From Cyanobacteria bacterium J06626_4 (lineage in GTDB: Bacteria > Cyanobacteriota > Cyanobacteriia > Phormidesmidales > Phormidesmidaceae), in NCBI GenBank assembly GCA_038523235.1, contig JBCBJQ010000008.1, positions 53,614 through 117,613 of the forward strand: a DNA stretch of 64,000 nt, written 5' to 3'. Shown here piece after piece: positions 55,684 to 64,000 of this stretch. Each line of letters opens with the position of its first letter. The stretch's first letter is position 1. The position numbers were made by a program, and so were the translations under genes. Below the pieces are notes generated by a model. The model had not been told where the DNA came from and searched no databases. It saw nothing but the letters and a program-made list of their open reading frames with translations.

Positions 55684-55962
55684 TTACTCCCAGTCGGCGC
55701 GGTCAGCTAGCGTCAAGGCTGCCAAATTATTGCGGCTATAGGCGGCAACGTTGAGCGAATCCACCTTGAATTCTCCCAGCTCAGCCACAATCGGGTCAAT
55801 GTTCACGCCTTCGACAACAGGGTATTCATTGTTGCCTTCGGCAAATACGGTCTGCGCCTCTGGAATCACTAAGAATTCTAAAAAAAGCCACGGCATTGTC
55901 GGGATTCGGGGCTGTTGTCACCACGCCCGCACCACTAACATTGACATGGGTGCCGCGATCGC
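55684..55962 (-). pseudogene. futA: C-terminal fragment of Fe(III) ABC binding protein FutA/IdiA, frameshifted
   Basis: DRGTHVNVSGAGVVTTAPNPDNAVAF / LEFL..PEAQ..FAEGNNEYPVV...ADW; frameshift in the A7 run near 55880. Confidence 0.85.
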
Positions 55963-56458
55963 TGATTTCGTCAATCGCACCGCAGCCGCTCAGCAACTGC
56001 TTGAGCAATACGAGCAACGGGTTGCGGATTTTCAGGCAATGATGGACGACCAATCTCAAAACCCTGAAGTATCTGTGGTGCGGATCCGGGCCGATGGCAT
56101 TTTTCCCTGTGTCGAATCTTCCCTAGTGGGTCAAGTTCTCGAAGCGGCTGGCGTTAAACGCCCCCCGGCTCAAGACGTTTTTTGGGCAAACAGTCCTCGC
56201 CTCGAAATCAGTTTAGAAGAGTTAGAAAAAGCGGATGGCGACGTCATGTTTGTCTATGGACTGGAGTTCCGAGGCCCCGAAGCCACGTTTGAACGACTCC
56301 AAGCCAATCCTCTGTGGCAGGAGCTGGAGGCGGTACAGCGAGACCAGGTGTATGTCGTACCCGACTCCTATTGGAGTTTTCCGGGTATTCAGGGCCTCAA
56401 CCTCCTGCTGGATGACCTGTTCAAATACCTAATCGCGCCACCCTCCTCAAAAATCTGA
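55955..56458 (+). pseudogene. C-terminal half of a FecB-like binding protein
   Basis: AIADFVNRTAAAQQLLEQY...SYWSFPGIQG; paralog of 20676..21701; no N-terminal lobe. Confidence 0.85.
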
Positions 56459-56596
56459 GCGCTAGATCATGTCAAAGAACCCGTGATGCTTGATCTCTGC
56501 TCCTTGATCGGCAAATGACATCAACCTAACTGCGTTCTCACACCACAATCTTCCAGCCGTGCGATTGCATGTCACCTTCTAAGGTTTGTCGAGGCT

Positions 56597-57283
56597 TCAG
56601 CGCTTGAGGGCCAGGGTGAGTCCATCAGCGATCGCCAACATGCTCAGGTCAATGCGATCATCTTGGTGCAGGGTTTGATTAAGGTCTCGCAGGGCGAGCG
56701 TGTCGGGGTCGTCGGTGATATCGGGATCGGCCACATCCCCACCCCAGAGAACGTTATCAATGGCTATCAGGCCCCCAGGTCGGAGTAACGCCAGGGACTT
56801 CTCGTAGTAGTGGCGGTAGTTGACTTTGTCAGCGTCGATGAAAGCAAAGTCGAAGGTGCCTACTTGTCCGCTGGAAAGCAGAGCGTCAAGGGTGTCGATC
56901 GCGGGGGCGAGGTGCAGGGTGATTTTGTCGGCAACGCCAGCCGCTTGCCAGTAGCGACGGGCTATTTCTGTATACTCCTCACTCACATCGCAAGCAGTGA
57001 TTGCCCCGTCTGGGGGCAATGCCAACGCCATCCAGAGAGTGCTATAGCCAGTAAAGGTGCCAATTTCCAAGACTTTTTTAGCGCCCATCAGCCGCAACAG
57101 TAAGGCCATAAACTGCCCCTGGTCGGGCGCAATCTGCATGCCGCCATGGGGATGTTGAGCCGTCTCTTGACGCAGTTGGGTCAAAATTTCGGGTTCGCGC
57201 AATGAGATAGACAACAGATAGTCGTATAGGTGAGGCTGAAGCTTTCCTAATGCATCGCTGATATTTAAGACTTTTGTAGACAT
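56597..57283 (-). CDS. Cation-dependent SAM O-methyltransferase (caffeoyl-CoA/catechol type)
   Basis: MQIAPDQGQF, VLEIGTFTGYS, FDFAFIDADK, IDNVLWGG. Confidence 0.93.
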   Translation of the reverse strand: MSTKVLNISDALGKLQPHLYDYLLSISLREPEILTQLRQETAQHPHGGMQIAPDQGQFMALLLRLMGAKKVLEIGTFTGYSTLWMALALPPDGAITACDVSEEYTEIARRYWQAAGVADKITLHLAPAIDTLDALLSSGQVGTFDFAFIDADKVNYRHYYEKSLALLRPGGLIAIDNVLWGGDVADPDITDDPDTLALRDLNQTLHQDDRIDLSMLAIADGLTLALKR

Positions 57284-57496
57284 CAAAGACTCTCTGTAAT
57301 CAAAGGTGCTGATTTAATTCAGTATTTTTATCGAATAGGGGATTTTGCTGCACGCTAGAAAGGGACTGTCAAGAAATAATCCAATAATTTGGCATTCCCC
57401 TCCTTTTAAGAGGGGTGGGGAATCCCTTAATTTAAAGGGTGTAGGAGAGTATTTCTGGAAGCTAGTCACAAAGCAGTATATTTCATGAATTGCCAC

Positions 57497-58633
57497 TTAA
57501 GTTTCTTCTTTTATGCTGTCGAGTAGCAAATTTGGTAAAGCTTCTAAAATCAGCTTATCGCTCAAAGGTCCGGTTATTGAACCACTCCAAAGATAAAAAT
57601 CAACAAAGAATACTCGACTTTGCTGAAAAACTGGCAGGGAATTGAGTAGCGGTACTTGTGCCCATTTTTCTAACATTGCATCTTCTGCTCTTATCCCATC
57701 TTCAAAGCGCTTGGAATAGTCATCCCAATAAGATAGGACAATCATTAGATCGGTTTCGACTTCAGACAATATTTCTGCTGAAATTTCAATTTTACCAAGA
57801 TTTCCTTGTACATTCTCTGGTCGAACAATTTCAAAGCCAATTTTTTTCAATAGCCTCACTGTGCTACTTTGAGGACGTAACGCGAACCCAGTTGCCGAGG
57901 CACCAGAACTCACTACAAATACACGAGGATGGGATTGCAATACTGGTTGTAAAGCAACACGAGCCTGAGCGATTTTCTGCTCATGTTCTACTAACAGCTC
58001 TTTTACGCGATCTTCTCGCCCCAAAGCTTTAGCAATTTCTGGGATAGTTGTCTGCCAAAAATCATTGGGATTTTCATACTCATTAAAGAGTAAGGTGGGA
58101 GCAATCTGAGCTAGGGAGGAATATTTATCACTGTTAAGAGAATAGTTTCCTAAAATCAAATCTGGCTTGAGCAAGGTAAGGCGTTCGAGAGAGGGAGCAA
58201 CGCTAGTACCCAAGGAGATCGGTTGGGTTGTTACCCATTGACCGAGATAGGGTATTTGTTTTGTAGGATTATCGTAGGCTTGAATATTTAAATTTACGTC
58301 GTCTTCGGCATAAGCAGCAGGCTGAACTCCCAGTGCCAGTATTCTGTCTAGCATCGGGGAAAAGAGAACAGCAACCTTCTGTGGTTGACCGCAAACCTCT
58401 GTTTCTCCCATCGCATGGCTCACCAGGCGACAATCGGTGGAAGCGGTTTGAGAATTCCTTTGCTGGTTTTGGTTAGTTGTGGAACTGATACAGGCTGAGA
58501 CGATCGCAACAGTGAGCAATAGCAATAGATATCGGTTTATCCGTTTGGCTCTTCTCTTATATTCTTCTCTTAGGAAAGGGAGGCTAGGCAAACGATTCCA
58601 CCATTTCATCCAATTATTAATAAATCTATCCAT
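57497..58633 (-). CDS. Siderophore-binding lipoprotein
   Basis: Lipobox VSAC, HAMGETEVCGQPQKV, PSLERLTLLKPDLILG. Confidence 0.9.
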   Translation of the reverse strand: MDRFINNWMKWWNRLPSLPFLREEYKRRAKRINRYLLLLLTVAIVSACISSTTNQNQQRNSQTASTDCRLVSHAMGETEVCGQPQKVAVLFSPMLDRILALGVQPAAYAEDDVNLNIQAYDNPTKQIPYLGQWVTTQPISLGTSVAPSLERLTLLKPDLILGNYSLNSDKYSSLAQIAPTLLFNEYENPNDFWQTTIPEIAKALGREDRVKELLVEHEQKIAQARVALQPVLQSHPRVFVVSSGASATGFALRPQSSTVRLLKKIGFEIVRPENVQGNLGKIEISAEILSEVETDLMIVLSYWDDYSKRFEDGIRAEDAMLEKWAQVPLLNSLPVFQQSRVFFVDFYLWSGSITGPLSDKLILEALPNLLLDSIKEET

Positions 58634-58698
58634 TTGCTAATGGCCTAGTTTAAGCATGAGTTGAGCAGTTATTGCTTCAAAAAACAACAAGGTGTGAC

Positions 58699-61362
58699 CT
58701 AAAACTCATATTTGAGAGAGCCTATGATTGTGAATGGAGCGCCAGGGTAGACGCCGATTCTACCTAAGGTGGAGTTCTCGTAATATTCAATGTCAAAGAG
58801 ATTTCTAATATTGAGCGCAGCCCGCCATTGATCGCGCTCATAAAAGATGGTGGCATCGGTTCTAAAATAGCTTGGTAACTCAAAGGTATTCAAGTCATCA
58901 CCCGGTCTATTTCCAACAAAAAAGAATCCTAATCCTCCGCCAAACCCTTGTAAGCCTCCGTTTTGGATTTGATAAGTTGTCCACAAACTGGCAATATGTT
59001 GTGCTGAGTTATTCAATCGATTACCAGTGGGAATACGGTTGTCTTCTGTAACACGGGCATCGGTATAAGCATAGGTTGCAATGATGTTCCAACCAGGCAG
59101 GATTTCACCGATGACATCCAACTCAATGCCTTGACTGCGTTGCTCACCGACTTGAATCGAAAATCCAGGATTGTCGAGGTCATCCGTGAGGACATTGCTT
59201 TTTGTAATATCGAATGCTGCTAGATTTGCCGACAGTCTGCCATCCAAAAGCTCACCTCTAACCCCAACTTCAAATTGTCTACCCTCCGTCGGTTCAAAGA
59301 GATCGTTGCTGACAGAACGACCGATCGCAGGAACAAAGGAGGTGCTATAGCTGGCGTAGAGCGAGATGGGGGGAATGGGTTGGTAAACAATTCCCACTCG
59401 TGGACTAAATGCATCACTGAATTGTTCACTGCGCTCAACTAGATTATTTTGAGTAGATAAATCGAACCGTCCTCCAGCCAATAGCTTCAGGTTATCCAAC
59501 AAAGTAATTTGATCTTGTAGATAAATTCCCCATGTATCGATGCGGCTTGAAAAGCTCTCCGGATTCGAAAGATCGGTGGGGCGAGGAACGTCGTTTACCG
59601 GATTGAAAATGTCGTTATTAGGTAATCTGGCAAACCTAAAATTATAGAAATCTGTATTTCGATTGAAATCGAACCCTAGAAGCAGTTGATGTGCGATTGA
59701 GCCAGTGTTGAAGTCTCCAATCAGATCGGTTTGAACAGAATAATTCTGACCAATGTTCTGCTCATCATAAAAACCTCTAGGAATGAATCGATCGTCGATT
59801 AAATCTCCGTCCTCATAAACAGCATCGCCCCTTCTATCAAAGAATGAAACAAAGAAGTTATTTCGGATGCGCCAATTATCGGTAAATCGATGCTCAAATC
59901 TGTAGCCACCTCGATAAAAATCCTGCCTAGAAGTATCCAAAGACGGATAGTTATAATTGGTATTAATCGGAAGGGCCAAAGAATTATCACTCAAGACCGT
60001 AAGTCCCCGATCGACTGGAGAATCGTTGTGTATATACTCAAAATCGAGATCGAGGGTTGTGTTGTCACCAATTTCCCAGGTGAGCGCTGGAGCGATGACA
60101 ATACGTTCTGTATCAACGAAGTCGCGGAAACTTTCAGAGTTTTGGTAGGCAACATTGAGCCGATAGAGAACCGTTCTCTCAGCATTCAGAGGACCAGAAA
60201 TATCGAAACTAGGACGGTAGTAGTTATAGTTACCGACAGCAAAATCCACTGAGTAGTAAGGTTCGCTCAAGGGTTGTTTAGTGACGATATTGACAATACC
60301 GCCCGGTTCAACCTGACCAAACAAGATAGAAGCGGGTCCCTTCAAGACTTCGACTCGCTCAATGTTGGCAAAATCTGGAAAGGAAAAGAAACCGTTATCT
60401 CGCAGTCCGTTTCTAAAGTTCCCTGATTGATTAAAGCCCCGAATTATAAATCCTCCCGCTGGTGTACCGTTGTAGTTTCCTGCTTGGATGACACCGCTGA
60501 CATTTTGTAAGGCATCTCCCAAGCGTTCTATCCTCTGGTCTTCAAGCACCTGTTGCGGAATGACTTGAATTGATTGGGGAATGTCGCGTAGGGGGGTATC
60601 GGTGCGGGTTGCCGTTGTCGCGTTCGACGAGTTGTAGCCTTCATCCTCTTCCCCCGTCACCACCACCTGAATCGCGTCCTCCTCAGCACTGACGATCTCC
60701 TCGCCCAAAGTCACCGCTAGCCCTGTGGCGTTAATCTCAGCAACTGGTGGCGCATCGGTGCCGGTAATGGCGACCCGCACCTGGTCTCCTGGCTCATTGG
60801 TCACACTCACCAGGGCAATGCCTTCAGCTGGTGAAAACTGTTCAAACGAGTCACCCTCCGGCAAAGTCAGCACCGCATTAGGAATGTCAGCAATCAGCGC
60901 ATTGCCCACTGTCTGCGTCGCAGGGGCCGCTAGCTCACCCTCAGCGGTTTCCAACACAACTTGCAAACCCGCTTCAGTCTCCTCCACTCGCACATCGATA
61001 ATCTGCACCAGCAAGGCTTCAATCTGCGCGACCCATTCTTCGACCGTGGTTGTAGCCTGAGAAGTCGAGGGTTGCAGGGTGGGATGGGCAGACACATCGA
61101 TCAGGCGTGCGGCCTCAGCGGCGGGTTCATTCTCCAGTTCTGCAGTGTTTAGCACAGATGCTGGGTCGGTGGGAGGCAGCAAGGGATGGCTAGCGATCGC
61201 CTCATCTACCAGTTCACCCTCAGACTCCGCGATCGTCTCATTCGCCTGCGCCTGCAAGGGCAACCCGACCAGGGCAACGACCACAGCCGCTAGTAGATGG
61301 GGCGATCGTAGCCCCATGATCAAACCTGCCTGACAATTTTTCTGGAACTCTGACCGCCGCAT
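58699..61362 (-). CDS. TonB-dependent siderophore receptor (FhuA-like), AMIN domain
   Basis: ATRTDTPLRDIPQSIQV, GPASILFG, C-terminal LKYEF; start moved to MRRSE. Confidence 0.93.
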   Translation of the reverse strand: MRRSEFQKNCQAGLIMGLRSPHLLAAVVVALVGLPLQAQANETIAESEGELVDEAIASHPLLPPTDPASVLNTAELENEPAAEAARLIDVSAHPTLQPSTSQATTTVEEWVAQIEALLVQIIDVRVEETEAGLQVVLETAEGELAAPATQTVGNALIADIPNAVLTLPEGDSFEQFSPAEGIALVSVTNEPGDQVRVAITGTDAPPVAEINATGLAVTLGEEIVSAEEDAIQVVVTGEEDEGYNSSNATTATRTDTPLRDIPQSIQVIPQQVLEDQRIERLGDALQNVSGVIQAGNYNGTPAGGFIIRGFNQSGNFRNGLRDNGFFSFPDFANIERVEVLKGPASILFGQVEPGGIVNIVTKQPLSEPYYSVDFAVGNYNYYRPSFDISGPLNAERTVLYRLNVAYQNSESFRDFVDTERIVIAPALTWEIGDNTTLDLDFEYIHNDSPVDRGLTVLSDNSLALPINTNYNYPSLDTSRQDFYRGGYRFEHRFTDNWRIRNNFFVSFFDRRGDAVYEDGDLIDDRFIPRGFYDEQNIGQNYSVQTDLIGDFNTGSIAHQLLLGFDFNRNTDFYNFRFARLPNNDIFNPVNDVPRPTDLSNPESFSSRIDTWGIYLQDQITLLDNLKLLAGGRFDLSTQNNLVERSEQFSDAFSPRVGIVYQPIPPISLYASYSTSFVPAIGRSVSNDLFEPTEGRQFEVGVRGELLDGRLSANLAAFDITKSNVLTDDLDNPGFSIQVGEQRSQGIELDVIGEILPGWNIIATYAYTDARVTEDNRIPTGNRLNNSAQHIASLWTTYQIQNGGLQGFGGGLGFFFVGNRPGDDLNTFELPSYFRTDATIFYERDQWRAALNIRNLFDIEYYENSTLGRIGVYPGAPFTIIGSLKYEF

Positions 61363-61381
61363 ATCCACAGACCTCACACTA

Positions 61382-61400
61382 ATCAAGAAAGTTTCTCAAT
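61382..61400. promoter_or_regulatory. Fur-like box
   Basis: ATCAAGAAAGTTTCTCAAT. Confidence 0.65.
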
Positions 61401-61434
61401 AGAGGTGAGGATAGGAAATTTACCCATTCAATTG

Positions 61435-61476
61435 TTGTTGCAAACGGATTTTTTCTTGTTGAATCGGGATCTTTTT
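61435..61476 (-). promoter_or_regulatory. Putative AraC operator (21-bp period)
   Basis: TTGTTGCAAACGGATTTTTT and TTGTTGAATCGGGATCTTTT. Confidence 0.6.
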
Positions 61477-61569
61477 CAGTAATGGGGCTAATGCTCTGTT
61501 GCTCTTCCGCCAGAGAGTGAAGGTCTCGCCAAAATTGCCCTTCCACCTTATTTCGACAGATCTTTCGTG

Positions 61570-61700
61570 TCGTTCCCCAGCCCCTCTGGGGCGGCAAAGC
61601 CAACGGCTCCGCTCGGGGAACGGGTGACTCCGCTCAGAGAACGGCCATCCTCTCCCGCTGGGTGAGCGACTTGCCCTGAGCTTTGTCGAAGGGAGTCGAA
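61570..61700. repeat. REP-like composite repeat
   Basis: CTCCGCTC cores; 61570-61622 is a reverse-complement relative of 62891-62943. Confidence 0.6.
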
Positions 61701-61741
61701 CCCAGCGACTCGTCCAAGGAAGTTGAACCAAGCGGGGCGAC

Positions 61742-62752
61742 TCAACGGCCAAACTGACGGCGATACTCACTGGGCGTCAGACCCACACGGCGTTTAAAGG
61801 CGTGGCAAAACTGACTAGGGCTGGCATGGCCCACTCGATCCGCAATGTGGGCAATACTCAACTCACGCTCCTGTAGCAGCCGCTGCGCCTGTTCCATCCG
61901 GCAGGTTTGCACATAGCCAAACACTGTGGTGTCAAAGAGTTGACGAAAGCCCTGCTTGAGCTTGTAGTCATTCAGCCCCACCTGTCTGGCCAGCGCTTGC
62001 AGCGATGGCGGTTGCTCAAACTGGCATCGTAGAATATCTTTCGCCTGGTACAGTCGTTCCCGATCCTCGGGACGCACCCGCTCAGTGCCAGGATGCTCCG
62101 TCAGCTGATGAAACTGAGTTGCCAGCAGCTCCAGCGCCTTAGCTTCTAAATACATGCGCTGAGTTGCCCCAGAGTAGGGACAGTCTAAAATCTGCTGCAG
62201 CGTCGTTGGCATGGCCGCTGTTGAATGAAACGACTGGTGAAATCGGCTGGCCGACTGATCCTTCACCAGAGCGCCCACCAAAGGCGATGGGCTTTCTTCC
62301 GCCAGCCCAAACGAGCGGAGTTGCTCAAAATCGACCTTAACTGAAACGTGCTGAAGTAGCTGTTCAGCGGGGCGATACTCCAGACATCGCGCCCCTGCTA
62401 GATAGCACAGACAGTTTTCCCCAGCCGCTTCTTCGCGATCGGCTTCGCGCTCAATGCCGGGATTGATGATGCGGTGACTACCCGCCAGGTAAAAATTGGA
62501 AAATAGCTGGTCTGTAGAATCGAAGCCGTAGTCGAGATAGAGCGATCGCCAAAACAGGCTCGTCTCAATCACTATCCTGAACCCTGACCGTAGCTCAATC
62601 TTCCGCACCTCGCCTTTACCCAACTGTGACGGAATCGCCCGCCGCGACTCGATGCCATGCTGCTGCCAAAAAATTTCGCCCTGATCCCAGGCGGCATCCC
62701 AGATATCGTCATACTCAGCTTGAACAATGGTTCGGGTGTGATCGAGGGGCAT
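61742..62752 (-). CDS. AraC/PchR-family regulator
   Basis: QILDCPY..YLEAKALELL, GLNDYKLKQGFRQLF, double HTH. Confidence 0.93.
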   Translation of the reverse strand: MPLDHTRTIVQAEYDDIWDAAWDQGEIFWQQHGIESRRAIPSQLGKGEVRKIELRSGFRIVIETSLFWRSLYLDYGFDSTDQLFSNFYLAGSHRIINPGIEREADREEAAGENCLCYLAGARCLEYRPAEQLLQHVSVKVDFEQLRSFGLAEESPSPLVGALVKDQSASRFHQSFHSTAAMPTTLQQILDCPYSGATQRMYLEAKALELLATQFHQLTEHPGTERVRPEDRERLYQAKDILRCQFEQPPSLQALARQVGLNDYKLKQGFRQLFDTTVFGYVQTCRMEQAQRLLQERELSIAHIADRVGHASPSQFCHAFKRRVGLTPSEYRRQFGR

Positions 62753-62820
62753 GATTTTGCAGGCAAGTGAGTCAGGCTGGCTGATCCCAACAATGCTTTG
62801 AGTTTAGCCATAAGTTATTA

Positions 62821-62839
62821 ATTGAAAGTAATTCTCAAC
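62821..62839. promoter_or_regulatory. Fur-like box upstream of AraC
   Basis: ATTGAAAGTAATTCTCAAC. Confidence 0.75.
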
Positions 62840-63005
62840 TAAACCTAACGATGAGTCAAGCCGCACTCGCTTTACCGTTCCAGTGGTAACCGTTCCCTGA
62901 GCGGAGTCGTTGGTTTTACCGCCCCAGTAGGGGCTAGGGGACGGTTACTCTCAGTGATGCCTTACTGAGGCCATCCTCAGCCGTCTGTTCAAAGCTGCTG
63001 CCCTA

Positions 63006-63848
63006 GGGCGTGTCATCAATTAGAGAGATGAAGAATTCGTCAGGTGTTTCTATTATCAAATCGCTGCTGATAAGAGACCGATGACGATGCGACGATACGC
63101 CCTACGCGATGACCAATGGGAACGGATAGAACAGATGCTGCCCGGTAAGCCTGGGGATGTGGGGGTGACGGCCAAGGACAATCGCTTGTTTGTTGAAGCG
63201 GTGCTTTATCGCTACCGAGCCGGTATTCCCTGGCGCGACTTGCCAGAGCGCTTCGGTCACTTTAAGGTCATCCACACACGCTTTAGTCGATGGTCGAAGA
63301 AAGGCCTCTGGCTCCGGGTGTTTTCCGCCCTCTGCGAGGATAGCGACAACGAATACCAAATGACCGATGCGACGATTGTGCGAGCCCATCAGCATTCGGC
63401 TGCGGCTAAAGGGGGGGCGATGAAGCCATCGGGCGTTCGAAAGGTGGACTGAGCACAAAGATTCATGCCACTTGTGATGCGTTGGGCAATCCGACTGGCT
63501 TCTTTCTGACCGCTGGTCAAGCCCATGACCGGCAAGGCGCGGATGTCTTAATCGCTGATATCGAGGCCGAAGCGCTGCTGGCCGACAAAGCCGATGATGC
63601 TGACGAACGCATGAGAGCGGTGTTGAAGCACCAGGGCATCAAGCCGGTGATTCCGAGCAAGTCAAATCGCCGTGAGCCGATTGACTACGATCAACACCTC
63701 TATCAAGCACGACATTTAATCGAGAACTTCTTCGCTAAACTCAAGCAATACCGAGCCATTGCAACACGCTACGACAAGACGGCTCGCAACTTCTTAGGCG
63801 CGATTCATCTAGCCGCTGCCGTCATTTGGCTTAATTGATGACACGCCC
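63006..63848 (+). mobile_element. IS5-family (IS427-group-like) insertion sequence
   Basis: Perfect 17-bp terminal inverted repeats GGGCGTGTCATCAATTA, flanked by TA within CTAG, two-ORF transposase. Confidence 0.93.
63081..63838 (+). CDS. IS5-family DDE transposase, orfA (63081-63452) and orfB joined by a -1 frameshift
   Basis: WRDLPERFG, DATIVRAHQH; AAAGGGGGGG at 63408-63417; -1 frame reads GRSKGGLSTKIH...ADKA...IENFFAKLKQYRAIATRYDK. Confidence 0.9.
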
Positions 63849-64000
63849 TAGTACTACTCAGAAAAACCTATCCCCATCACTGAAAGCATGACCGCTCACC
63901 CCCTTCCTCGGGCATCGCAAGCCCGCGCCTCTATCAAAGGACTGATATTGCCGCTATCTAAACTAGACTTTAGAACCTTTTAATGAAGCCAAAGAAAATA

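Noticed and set aside
55751..55954. N-terminal part of the 235-aa plus-strand ORF
   Set aside because: It is the antisense of the futA remnant
56537..56548. Orphan GTGGTGTGAG leader motif
   Set aside because: Followed only by a 19-codon ORF with no receptor similarity

Overview
Cyanobacterial DNA (frequent HIP1 octamer GCGATCGC; gene content resembling filamentous Leptolyngbya-like taxa) forming an iron/xenosiderophore uptake island. It carries a repeated module, [Fur-like box]-AraC/PchR regulator-[tandem direct-repeat operator, Fur-like box]-AMIN-domain TonB-dependent receptor-FecB/FhuD-type lipoprotein. I count 8 intact receptors, 9 intact AraC regulators and 8 intact binding proteins, plus several relics. 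Accessory genes are two MFS transporters, a heterodimeric ABC pair, a third ABC half-transporter, a sucrase/ferredoxin-like protein, a PiuC-type dioxygenase, an O-methyltransferase, a TPR protein, an Rpn nuclease, toxin-antitoxin genes and an IS5-family element with a matching MITE. No siderophore synthesis, TonB/ExbBD or FecCDE genes are visible. The most notable signals are: (i) regulator-specific 19-23 bp-period tandem repeats next to the 3' (HTH) end of the AraC genes, resembling an operator address code; (ii) signs that sensor, HTH+operator and receptor-barrel+binding-protein blocks were exchanged as units; (iii) a futA/fecB deletion junction lying exactly on a HIP1 palindrome. All calls were made by eye without database searches, and some start codons were moved from the ORF track.
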